From: Raillietiella orientalis
Taxonomy: Eukaryota
Direction of reading: 5' to 3'
Length of the DNA: 64,000 bases
NCBI GenBank assembly: GCA_036172245.1
Contig: JAYWIR010000036.1
Location: forward strand, 1,612,001 to 1,676,000
Shown: positions 48,903 through 59,721 of the stretch, one piece after another
Position numbering within the stretch: the first letter of the stretch is position 1
How the letters are laid out: each line of letters opens with the position of its first letter
Made by a program: the position numbers and the translations under genes
Notes under the pieces: generated by a model
What the model saw: only the letters and a program-made list of their open reading frames with translations
What the model was told of the DNA's origin: nothing
The model's database searches: none

Positions 48903-50699
48903 CGGGGGCATCGGCTGCTGTGTGTGCACGTCCGCTGAGGCAGCGAGGGCGTCTGTGCGCCTCGCCCGGCAGCAGCGAACCTTCGGAAGGGGGGAGGAAG
49001 GGGGGGGGGAGGAAACCGCCCGAAGCGGGGCGGCCGGGCTCTTCGGGGCGGCAGTCTGCTGTGAGAGAGGGAGAGGAAGGAGGGGGAAGGATTGCGAGGC
49101 GTCCTCCTCCTCCTCCTTGCCTCCCCTGCTGCCCGGGGGCCCACTCCTGCCCCCCTTCTCCCCCCCTCCCTCGATCAAGCGGCGGCGCGCCTCGCGACGG
49201 AAAGTGAAAGTGATCTTTCCTCCCCCCCTCCTCCTCCTCTTCCCGACGGGAAGCGACCTCTTCTCCTCCCGCGCGCGCTCCCCCGGGCAAGGAGGGACCG
49301 CGGCTCTCTCGCTCTTCCCCGCGGGCGACGACTTTCACTGCCCCGGAGGGAAGGGCGCGGACGCGCGCAGCAGCTCGAGGCCGGCCGCGGCGGGCGGATG
49401 GAAGGCCCGAAAGGCCGTTCGGCGCAGGGCGGAACGGGGCGGGGCGGGGGCGCGACTACCTCTCTCCCTCCGGTTCCACCCATCGCCACCCCTTCTCCGA
49501 CCGAGCTCCATCATCCGCACCGATGCTGCTGGACCTACCGCTCCAGCCCCGGAGGCGGGAAAGAGGTTGGGGGGCGCGCTTGATCTCCCAGACATCGGCC
49601 CTGTGGCGCGCCTCCGGGAACCGAGGCGCTACCGAGGCTCTCCGCCGGCATGGCTCCGCGTCCTCAGTAAGTCGGGCGGGGAAGGAGGTCGGTTCTGCCC
49701 TTCCGTTTCCCCCGCAATACTTCGCGCTCGCTCTCTCTGTGCTGATGACGCATATAAGAGTCTCCTTGGCAGTGCAGACCTTCATCTCCACTCCTCCTGA
49801 CGGAGACTGCACCAGCGCGTGACGGGTGACCCCGGAGTGCGCTTTGAGAAGGCCGTGGGCGGAGATGAGGCCGACCGGAAGATCACGGTGCTTCCAGTTT
49901 CCACAGCGGCTCCTCAGAACGGTGTCGGAGAGTGCCGCCGTCCGAATCTCCATGGTTCACAGGCAAAGAGGATGGTCCCCCATCTCAGCATCCTTGCACG
50001 AGGCCGAGGAGCATGGAGTCGTCGGAAGAACAGCAATCCCACCCGCCCGCCTCCCGGGGTGCTTTGGAGGCTCGTGAAATGCACCAAGGGAACTCGAACC
50101 CCTCCTGCACACGTCTCTGGGGGCAACGGAGGGCCTCTCCTCGCTCTTCGTCCGGTAAACCGGGCCGCGGTAGTGTCCCGGGGGTCAGAAGAGGAGCCGA
50201 AGGAGGAGTTCCCGCCTGCAAGGCAGTCGGAGAGGTCAGGGGACTCACCCCTGATCACTCGCACAGACGACCAGTACGCTCTCCTGAAGGGATCTCCGCT
50301 GAAATGAGAGGAGACCGAGAGTTATCCCTCCCCTCAGAGGGTGAGGGGACGCGGGTCCTTCTGATACACCAGAGGAAAGAGCGCCGTCCGAGCCCGGGTT
50401 GAGGAAAATGAGGCGAAGAAAAAGAGGGAAGAAAGAGAAGATCAGGAAGAGGAAAGAAGCAGAGGAGAATGGAAGAGGGGACATGGAGGTGGAACAATAA
50501 AAAAACGGAAGAGGAAGAGTGGAGGAGGAGGAGAAGGGGGGCGAAAGAGCTGCATCGTTGATTTCCTGGAAGATGCTTTCGTTGCCAGGAATTGCAGCCG
50601 GGCCGTTCCGCAGAAACGTGGGATCGCCGCACATCGCTGCGTCTTCCAGCTCCAGCTTCCACCCCTGCTGGACCGCTCTGCTTTTGCTTCTTTGCTTCG

Positions 50700-53600
50700 G
50701 CCTGGACGCCTCGCTCTTGCAGTAGGAATCATGAAGGTCGCACGGCGGTGACTCCGCGGTCAGGTGCAGGTGAAAAGAGGTGCAGCTTGGATCCTTGGCG
50801 AAGACGCTCTGCTACGAGCCAAGGCCGCTCAGGTTCCCAGAGCGAGGGACTCCCTCTCGCTTTCCGCAGGCACCCTCTACGGGGAAGGGGGAAGAATGCG
50901 GACTCCAGTAGGGAGACTCCTGGTTTCGAAGGTTTTTGCCCCTCCAGAAGACGGGGGAGGTGTCGAGTCCGTTCCTCCAGGTTGCCGCTTCCTCCCGCAG
51001 AAGGACAGGCCGTCATGTGGCACGACTTCGCTGTCCATCCACCCATCCTTTCCCCGAGTGACCACTGCGTTTCCTGTCGCGCCTCCTGGAGGCGTAGAAG
51101 CTGAACGATGGACTCGTGTGGAAAGCCCCTGGAAAGGAGACGGAATCCCAAGTGCATCCAAGAGGGCGCGCTGTTCCCTCGAAGCGACGCCGGATGCTGG
51201 AAAAGCTGGGCGAGGGCGAGAGAGCACGCCTCTGCTCCTCCCTCACTCCTCCTCTCCCACCCGTCTGCTCTTCCTTTTCCGCGTCTTCGCTCGCAGAGGC
51301 TGTCGCTGAAGATCCGTCGGTGGAGCGAGCACTGGGGTATCCTCCGGCGCAGTCAGCTGCAGGGAGCCAGCATCCCTCCCACCTGGGAACCGTAGCAGAC
51401 CGAAGCCCTCGGGATGCCCTTCGAGGGACTCTGAACCTGATACAGGGACCTGATGCAGGGGCGCCCATGGATCCCCCTTCCGGCCACTGGACGACTGCGC
51501 TCCGGGATCAGAGGGCTGCGGGCATGTAGGTGAGGGTCTCCTGGACCCCCTCGTAGCTGCTTCGTCCCGTCAATTACCTCGGAAGAGTTCGTCTCCGGGA
51601 GATGCGGCAGGGTCCCTGGAGAGGACTTGCGCCAACCCCTAGCCGCAGGACTCCCTTCTCTGAGTGCGTGTCTGTCCCAACGGAGTCTCCGCGTTCGCAG
51701 TTCCGGGTGCGCAGCCACAGCGATACGCCGCCAGGAATCGCGGTGGGCTCGACGTTTCTTCGCTGCATCTGACCACTCCGAGCGTCGTCCGCCGGGGTCA
51801 ATTGACCACCGGCGCCTGGAAAGCGTCGCACCCCTTTCCGTTCACTTTCCGTCACTTTGGAGTGGATAAACCTGATCCAGCCTGTGACAGAATTTTGAGA
51901 CAAACCGTGCATGCGTGGAGTCTTGGATCGTTCGTAGACCGCCTCTGGAGGGGGGAGGTCAAAGAGGGGGCGAAACTCGGATGCTGGCGCCCGTGGACCT
52001 CGAGCCAGACGCAGTCCGGATGTTCACCTAAGGGTGGGAGACGTTGGCGACCGGGATGAGGGGACGAAATGGGGTCGTCTTCTTGATGCGTCGCCCGCCC
52101 GCGCGTCACAGGAGTGACTGAGTGGAACTCTGCCTGACCTCGTGCCCCTACGCGCATGCCCCTACATGGACGCTGCTTCCTCCTCCAGGAGGGAACGACG
52201 GAGGCCTCCCAGAATCGCGACCCGCTGTCGTACCGGAAGCCGAGCAGAGAGAACGACCCTTAGCAAGGGGCGCAGTCCTCCTCCTTGCCACCAGATTCGC
52301 GCGTTCCTGAGGTAGTCCGGAGCTGCCTCGGTGGAGAGGCTTCCCGGCGCCCTCTTCCTCCCGGCCTGCGACTCCCGGGATCCGCCACGCACCACCCCGT
52401 CCCTCCTTTCTTCTTCCTACGGGAGATCTTCCAGGCCCCCACAGTACCGGGACTCGGCCACAGCAGCCTCTTCCTCCCCCCTTTCTTCACAGGCTAGCTG
52501 GACCCGTCCCTCGACACGCAGGCCTCTCCCGCCGGGGTTTAATCCGCTCCGCAGCCTCCCTCGGGCCTGTCCCAGTGCGGTCCCGCAATCCCTCTTGGCC
52601 CCATCTCCAGAAGGGAAATCCCGACGTGGAGCATCGACGCCTAGGAACGGAGGGGGAGAAAGTGCGTCGTGGGCGTCGGGTCTCTCCCACTCCCATCCCA
52701 CAGAAGCCGGGAAGGCCCCAAACCTTTCATTATGGCGCTCCTACGCGCCTGAGGCCGGACGCTAACACTGAATGGCCGGGATTGGCCCTCTGGAGTCCTT
52801 TCAGAAGCCGCGGAGCTTAAGGTTCCCCTCCAGTGTGCTGGAAGCACCCCTCCCTGGTTTCCTCACCACCACCACCCCAGATCTACGCGTTTGTCGACGA
52901 GCCGGGAGGTCGGGATCTCTTCCCAAGATCCCTGAGGGAACAGAGTTATGTAGGAGTCCCGCGTGGTGGCGCTGTCGAGCCGGAGAAACAGGGAGGAGGG
53001 GAGGAGGAAACAAGCCGGAAAGAACTTGCAAAGCAGCGAAGCGTGACGACCTTTCGATCGGTAGCAGTGACCTCCTCCCCTCCCCTCCCCAAGGCCGCCA
53101 CTTACCTTTGGATTGGAAAAAGGAAAAGATCCATGCACACCGGAAGACCCCCAAAGTCCTTGGGATACTTCCTGTCGTTCGCGTGTGGCACAAGGGCACG
53201 GGTGTTCGGTGTCCTCTGACCGCGCAGCAGCGACGGTTCGCTCTTGCGCGGTGACCTTGGAAACTCGACGGGGATCCGGTAAAAGCGGGGGTAGCAGTGA
53301 AGCTAGGCAGCAATGCCGTAATTCGAAAAGGAAGAGTCTTTGATGACCACGGGATTCCTCAGGTTCGCAGAGGTCACCTGTCGAATGTCCATTCAATGGT
53401 GCGGCGACATTCGGCCGTCGTTCCATTGACCTGCTGCTGCATTGGGACCTCAACTCCTTGTCTTGTGTGGTGTCTCCTGTGTGCTCTTTGCAGTCCAGAG
53501 GTCACCGGATGACCATTTCCTTCTTCGGCAACATAAAGCAGACTCCCATCCTTGTGACTGTTCTTCTCACCGGGATGCTTCTGGTGAGCAAACTTCACGT

Positions 53601-55046
53601 GGAAGATGGACGAGGTCACAACTGCGGAGCAGCAACGCGAGCCGGTGACCCAGGTCAGGATGACCAACCCGGAAATCCTAGTAGCTGGTAGTCTCCAGCC
53701 AGCCTGTCTCGGGAAGCGAGCGTTCGAGGAGCTCCAGGGGGAGAAGGGAAGCGAACTTGAACTCCCCAGCAGCGACATCAGGAGCACCTGGGCAGTGCGA
53801 GAACGAAAAGCGCCCGAAAGGAACCAGTCCAGTGCGTCGACAGGAAGAGCGCCCCGGATCGCGTCTTAGGGGTTCCGGAAATGGCAGGCGCACGGGATAA
53901 GAAGGTAAATCGCCTCCGACCCGTGCACGAGTTAACGCAACATACCTCACTGCAGAGGAACCGAGTAGGGGGGGCACACGGCCTCAGGGCGTTCTCCGTT
54001 CGACGGCGTGCGTGCGGGGTTCCTACATGTGGCCACCTGAGGGGGCGACGACTCACCACGGTGGGTCCGCGCAGAAGACACATAGGGTGGGAAGAGACTC
54101 CAGACCTCCAGCAGGCTTATCAGTTATGGTGGGTCTGCGCGCGACCTAGGTCAAGAACACCTCGACACCCTGGGAGTTGGCGTCGGTCCAAGCAGCTCCC
54201 GACCCGCAACAGATCCGGACCCGGAGCGAAGCTGTGCCGGGCGTGTCGCTGACCCTTGGGGATGCAGGAGACGAATGGAGAACAGAAGTACGAGCGAGCC
54301 ACGTGGATTGACTGCCTGCTTTGCTTCCGAAGAGTCCCTCTCCTCCCTGAGGGCCACAGCAGTGCCGTCACCGGGATCCTGTGAGGTGTCGGGAAATCAG
54401 AAATCTCCAGGACGCAAGAGGGTAGCCCAGGAAGGAGGAGACCCGCTCGACCGTCCGGCACTCCCGGACCGTCTGCTGGAAACCCCGGACGGGTCATCGC
54501 CCAGCCTGGGGGGAACTCAAAGAGGGCCGAGGTAGTAGGCGGAGGAAGCGGCCACTTTCCCGAGTCGCCTCTCCTCAGAGTGGCGGACTCCGAGGAGAGA
54601 AGCGCGGACGGACGGGAACAACTGTGCCAGAAGCGCTGCATCCCCCACGAATCCCCATGAGGTGCGCCATGTTGGATGAACCACCGGGAGGAGGGGTGGT
54701 TCGCGTAGGGAGACGCGAACAGGGGCTGGAGGCGAAGCTAACAAGATGGCGGATGCTTCCGCCAAGTGAAGAGGATAGGTGGCGCTGCCCGCAGCGGAAG
54801 AAGTGCTCCAGAAAAGGGATGGTCAGCTCGAGCAAAGACATCCCCCTCCCCCCCAGACCAAGGCAAAAGCCGGCGTCGCTCTCTCAGCGGGCATGCCCCT
54901 CGCAGCGGAGGGAGAGTCACTCTGATGACCTCGACCTGCACGAAACGACCGCGTGTTTTGTCCCAGCTGGGAACACTTCTCCTAACTAGTTCATTTTAAT
55001 AAACGCCCCGGTGTGACCGGGTAACAAATTTCAAAAAAAAAAAAAC
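50700..55046 (+). mobile_element. Decayed, internally deleted Tx1/L1-like LINE ending in AATAAA, hairpin and poly(A)
   Basis: 3' end AATAAACGCCCCGGTGTGACCGGGTAACAAATTTC(A)14 at 54998-55046; upstream ORF1-like similarity to 36450-39300. 5' boundary approximate. Confidence 0.5.
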
Positions 55047-55375
55047 GACCACGTGTTCAGGACGCGCTCACCAGGGAAGACGTGCACCGGCATATCCTCG
55101 GTCACGAAGGGACCCGAAGTGCCGCAGGATCGGTCAGCCGAAACATCAAGGGAATGACGGTGGGTCTGCGATCTGCCCACCTCCATCCCGTCCGTCTCCA
55201 GGACCAAATCTGACCCGCTCTCTGACCCGTGCTCCCGAGCAAAGGTCAGGTCACCGGGCACGATGCGGCCCGCCTCTTCGAAAGAAACCAGCCGAACTTT
55301 CGAAGGACTCCAGGAAAAAGAAGAGTTAAGGGCACTTGAGGTCTGACCGCGCGCCCTTACTCCGGAGAAGCACCC

Positions 55376-56120
55376 TGTCTGGTGCGCGTTCCTCTGGCAG
55401 AGTCTTCCGAAGAAACCGAAAATCCCACCTACGGGGACGCCTCCGCGGCCATATGGGCGAGCTGCAGCCTCCGCGTCTCACCCCCGAGCATCGCGGGGTC
55501 GAATCCTTCCCCCACCACCCGGCAGGATGACCCTGGTTGGGATTGGAGTGCGGCACTGACGGAAGCATCTGGAAACCGGATGTCCCCATTGACGCTGATC
55601 GAAGTCAAAAGTAGACCCTCCGTAGTCCTTCCGGGAGAATCAGGAAACCCTTCGGGGTTGTTCCCCTTCGGTTGTGGAAAAAGAGCCGCTGAGTCATCAT
55701 GGAGCTGGCTGATACTACCCTCGTGGAGTCGCCTCTCCAGAGTACAAGAAAGGGCTGCTCCCTTCGAAGAAAGACTCTCTAGTGACACCTGGAAGCGTCC
55801 TCCGGGGTTCTCTTCGGAGGGGGAAGAAACGAGGAGCCAATCCTTTTCTGGAGAGTCTTCCTTAAGAGGATAAGGAGGAGGTTCCCTTCGAAGACGACCA
55901 GGGCGAGGGTTCGGAGTTCTCTCCTCAACCAGAAGGGAAGATCCCCTTTTGGTAGTTCCCACCTCAGGAGGGAAGAAGAAGGGTCCCCGGAGACATCCAG
56001 CATCCAGCACTTGCGACTCCGCAGGATACCACCGAAGCAGCTTCTCGGGAACACTCTAAAACCATAGGAGACGGCGAGAGGTTCTCCCCTCTGGCGGAAC
56101 GCAAAGACCCCACAGGGCGT
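55376..56120 (+). mobile_element. tRNA-like-containing repeat, fourth copy
   Basis: CCGAAGAAACCGAAA, CGAGCATCGCGGGGTCGAATCC, GGAAACCGGATGTCCC, GCCTCTCCAGAGT, GGAAGCGTCCTCCGGGGTTCTCTTC match the other copies. Confidence 0.6.
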
Positions 56121-56129
56121 CGCTGTGCA

Positions 56130-56680
56130 GCTCCCCTCCCCCCCTCATTCACTACTCGAAGGGAAAAGCCGGGATGTGTGCTATGTGCGTGATGCACCCT
56201 GCTCGTATGCGACGCCCTTCGGCCGGCAGCCTCGCTAGCAGCTCTCTGCAGCCTTTGCGGAATCATCGCTGCCTGGAGAGATGCAGAAGGAGAGCACAGA
56301 GACAGGGATGCCAGCTACATCCACTTCGCCGTCCTATTCATGAGGACGGTAACGAAATGACTCCACCTGGAAAACAGCATCCAGCAAGACCTTGCCGGCA
56401 TCCTTGAAAGGATGCAGAGGACCTCCTACAGCAGAAAGTGACCCCTTCCCGTGCCCCAAAAATTGTGTCTTTATTTTTATTTTGTTCTTTTGCCTTTTTT
56501 GTTTATCCCCTCCCCTCTGCTGCCGTGGTGGACCTCCCCGGTCTGCGAACCGGTAACGCGGCAGGTTAGAACGGAAAAGGACGTGATTAGACCACCACCA
56601 CCGGTCCGAACACAGAGATTGTCAACGTCTATTTTTTTTTATATGTGAAATAAACTCCCCGGGGCAGCCGGGTGACAATC
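56130..56680 (+). mobile_element. Tx1/L1-like LINE 3' fragment, same family
   Basis: AVLFMRTVTK*LHL..QDLAGIL matches ARILLRTASRWLQL..TELASIL of the 30390 copy; same 3' UTR (GGACCTCCCCGGTCTGCGAACCGG) and AATAAA-hairpin end. Confidence 0.72.
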
Positions 56681-56689
56681 GGACGGGTT

Positions 56690-57200
56690 ATTGTCCGTGA
56701 AGGAAGGCCGTTCGAGCATCACACAAGGAGTCGCGGAGACGGGCGGAGACAGCAGACTCCGCCCTTCCTCTTCTGCTAACAGCAAAGTCAACAAAGACCG
56801 GATCGTGGAGCAATTGGCCGTCCGGGGTCTGCTCCCAAGGGCAGGAACGCAGGAGACACGGAAGACTTTTGAACCGTGCCAACGACCGATCGTCGTGGGG
56901 CGCGTGAGCAGCGCGTTCCGTTGCAGCACCTTCTGGTAGTCTAGGCTTGGCGACAGAGCTCGACTTCCGTGGCTTCTGCACCCGAGGTGTCCCCCGAGAA
57001 GACTGGCAAACCCACCTGCCACGGCGCTCGCTAAGCCACCGTCGTGGTCCCGGTAGGACGGGTCGGTAGCGAGCATCGCTCCTGCCGCTCCTTCCGTTCG
57101 CTCCATTTTCCGGGAAGGCTGCGCGGAAGAACGCAGGACACAGACCCGCTCCCTTGTTCCCGCCTACTCCTCCATCATCCCTTGTCCTGGAGATGTCCAA
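56690..57200 (-). mobile_element. Decayed LINE endonuclease fragment (I/Jockey/R1-type)
   Basis: LLGGHLGCRSHGS (GDFNAxHxxWG), LLTRPTT (LNxxxPT), ALGSRP (GSDHxP) in the expected order. Confidence 0.4.
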
Positions 57201-57349
57201 CGTTTCCCCATATCACGTACAGGTTTATTGGTTTTTATTCCCCTCCACTACCCTTACTGACCCCACCTTGATGCTCTCACTCTTCCCTTAGCCACCACCG
57301 ACCATCATGTCGGTGGTAGCTCCCCGAATCGTGCCTCCGAGGCACGCTG

Positions 57350-57850
57350 ATGTACGTTTATTTAACGTGAATGAGTCCCAGCGCAACCAGATCCAAAACA
57401 AAGGTTTCCGTGCGTACTTTGATTGCAGAGTTCCTCAACCTCGGTAGAGTTCAGCTGTGCTCTTTAGAAGACGTTGTTGTGTAAGATAGTCTTTTGTGAC
57501 AAGCACACAGATCTCGGCTTGAATTGGTCAGCCTTAGGCAGCTGGACAGCCAGCAGGGAGGTCACGGGTCGACGAACAACCCATCGGTAGATGAATGGAA
57601 TGAACCTGGACAGCGACCCGAAAGGAAGCATACACACACACACAAAAAAAAAAAAAACGAAGAAGCCATCGGTTGGAGATGCTCTTGCGAAAGTGAAGAA
57701 TAAACTTGGCCACCATGTGCTCACTCCTTTCCCCGGAATCCGGTGGCATCCGTGGTGGCAGCACCTTCGGTTTCGACAGTGGCCCATTCCAGCTGCAGGC
57801 CCCTCGACTTTCATCCTATCTATTGTAAACATTATAGCTTTAGCTAAAGA
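57350..57850 (-). mobile_element. Possible RNase H-bearing LINE remnant
   Basis: Frameshifted LQLEW...HRIPGK(E*A)HMVAK resembles WxPxHxGIxGNExADxxAK. Confidence 0.3.
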
Positions 57851-59689
57851 GGTAACCATGGCTTGTCACGTTTGTAATTACTACGGTACATCCTAGAATC
57901 ATCCGATTCAATTCCGCCTTTACTACCCATGTACTGAATCCTCCTCCTCTGCTCTGCCATCATTATTTACCTTGGAACCATCTTTCTACCATCACAAATA
58001 CCTCCATCACCCACCAGTGCCACTCTACCCGTCCAAAGACAAAATGATCGTGATCAATACCTGTCGATACTCTTCAGGTACCTTTTCTTTCTCATCCCAC
58101 ATTACGAGAACTCTCGGATTAACAGAGAATTACCACTACCCCATCAAATTATCTTCTCCGATCTCTTCTATTCTCTGTTCCTTCCCAAGGACACTTTCTT
58201 CCTTTCAAGCACGTGAATTCCCTCCCAAGTGCGCCCTCCCGAAGCGCTTTCATTCAGGTTGTTTTCTTGTGCTTGTTTTCTTTGCTAACGATCCTCGCAC
58301 TTTGCCTTTCCGAGACGTTTGAACAAGAGCGTACGACCACGCAGCAAAAGTCCGCTGGCCACCACGCTCACCTAACTTTGCCACATTCAGGTGCCTCTCT
58401 TTGAATTTTCGGAATGAAAAAGGAAATTCATGAAAAATTCGCGTTCAAATACGCATCTCGATTGGGAATTGTTTACGCCCACATACGTACATACACACGT
58501 GCATGCATACATTGTAGAGAATCCTGCATATCTTTCACTGAATACTGATGACAATGATTCATTCGATTTTAGAACTTTTGCATTGATTTGCAGCATTTGT
58601 TTCACACTGGTATGCGAATCGCTCACATTATTCAGTCAGCCAGCCGATGAGCCTTCAACTCAAGTTTTCACCAAAACCATGAGTTCGTCCAAAGATCAAA
58701 AATCAAACTTTGAAAGCACTGACCAAACATCACCTTCAACCATAACCTCCTAAACTGGAACCTGCCCTGAGTTGTCCATATTACATTGTGTGAGTGGCTT
58801 TCTTTTCCTAAATAACCAGCAGTAAGTTTTCTAACGATGGATGATTCATTGGTCCCAGAACAAGAAAGAAACTGACAAGAAGGCACCAGATATGAAATAG
58901 CAAATGATCTGAAATTCTTTCCAAAATACGTGTGAGAGAAACTGAAGAAAGAATTGTAGTCTTTGTGGTTTTTACTGCTGCCACCACGTTCAACTGTGGT
59001 TTGAAACATCAACGTTGCTCTCTTTGTGCAAACAAGTTGATGCCTTTGAAAGATCGAATTGGCAAATTGGCAAATTTGAAGTATTCAGGCAAAGTATTCG
59101 AATAAATTTCCAGATTTTTTAAACAACTTTCAAATGACCGTGAAAAAGCAGATATCTTTCAAGATTTGCATCGGCACTGTCTCATCAAGCACCCAAGCAT
59201 TTGTGTCATTGGATGTCTTTTTTGTGGGCTCAGGCGCAGGCCTCCCCAAAACTGCAAGCTCATTTCATTCCAAGTCACTGACTTTTTTCTTTTTTTGCCT
59301 TTTTCGAATTCGACCAAATAAACGCGACTTTTATTTATTTCCTCTGTTGAGTTTTGGACGATATGGAACTGCGGCTGGAATTTCAAGGAAATCGAAAAAT
59401 GGCAATGGCGGCGCGTTTCGAACTGTTGCCCCGGCGTCGAGTTGTCTCGGCGGGAGTCGAGGCACGCAAAATCGAAGCTGTTGTGAGTTTGGGCCGTTTT
59501 CAAAATCAAGATAAGTATGGCATAGCGGAACCATGCTGAAAAAGTAAAGGCACTTTAATTATCTATTTCATTGCTTTTGCTGAATATTGTTCCGACTGAG
59601 ATTTTGCTAACCACTTACGTTTTATCATGGTGTAGTTGCATAGTTCGCATAAAAATGTATCATTAGCAAAACAGACGAAGCTTGAAAAC

Positions 59690-59721
59690 ATACATAAACA
59701 CACACACACACACACATACAT
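59690..59721 (+). repeat. (CA)n microsatellite
   Basis: Read directly. Confidence 0.85.

Noticed and set aside
35000..56500. Many long overlapping ORFs (up to 489 aa, such as 43521-44990, 43944-45086, 47984-49144)
   Set aside because: R/P/G/S-rich translations on several frames reflect stop-codon scarcity in GC-rich DNA; only the short ApoD-like exons inside them have real motifs.
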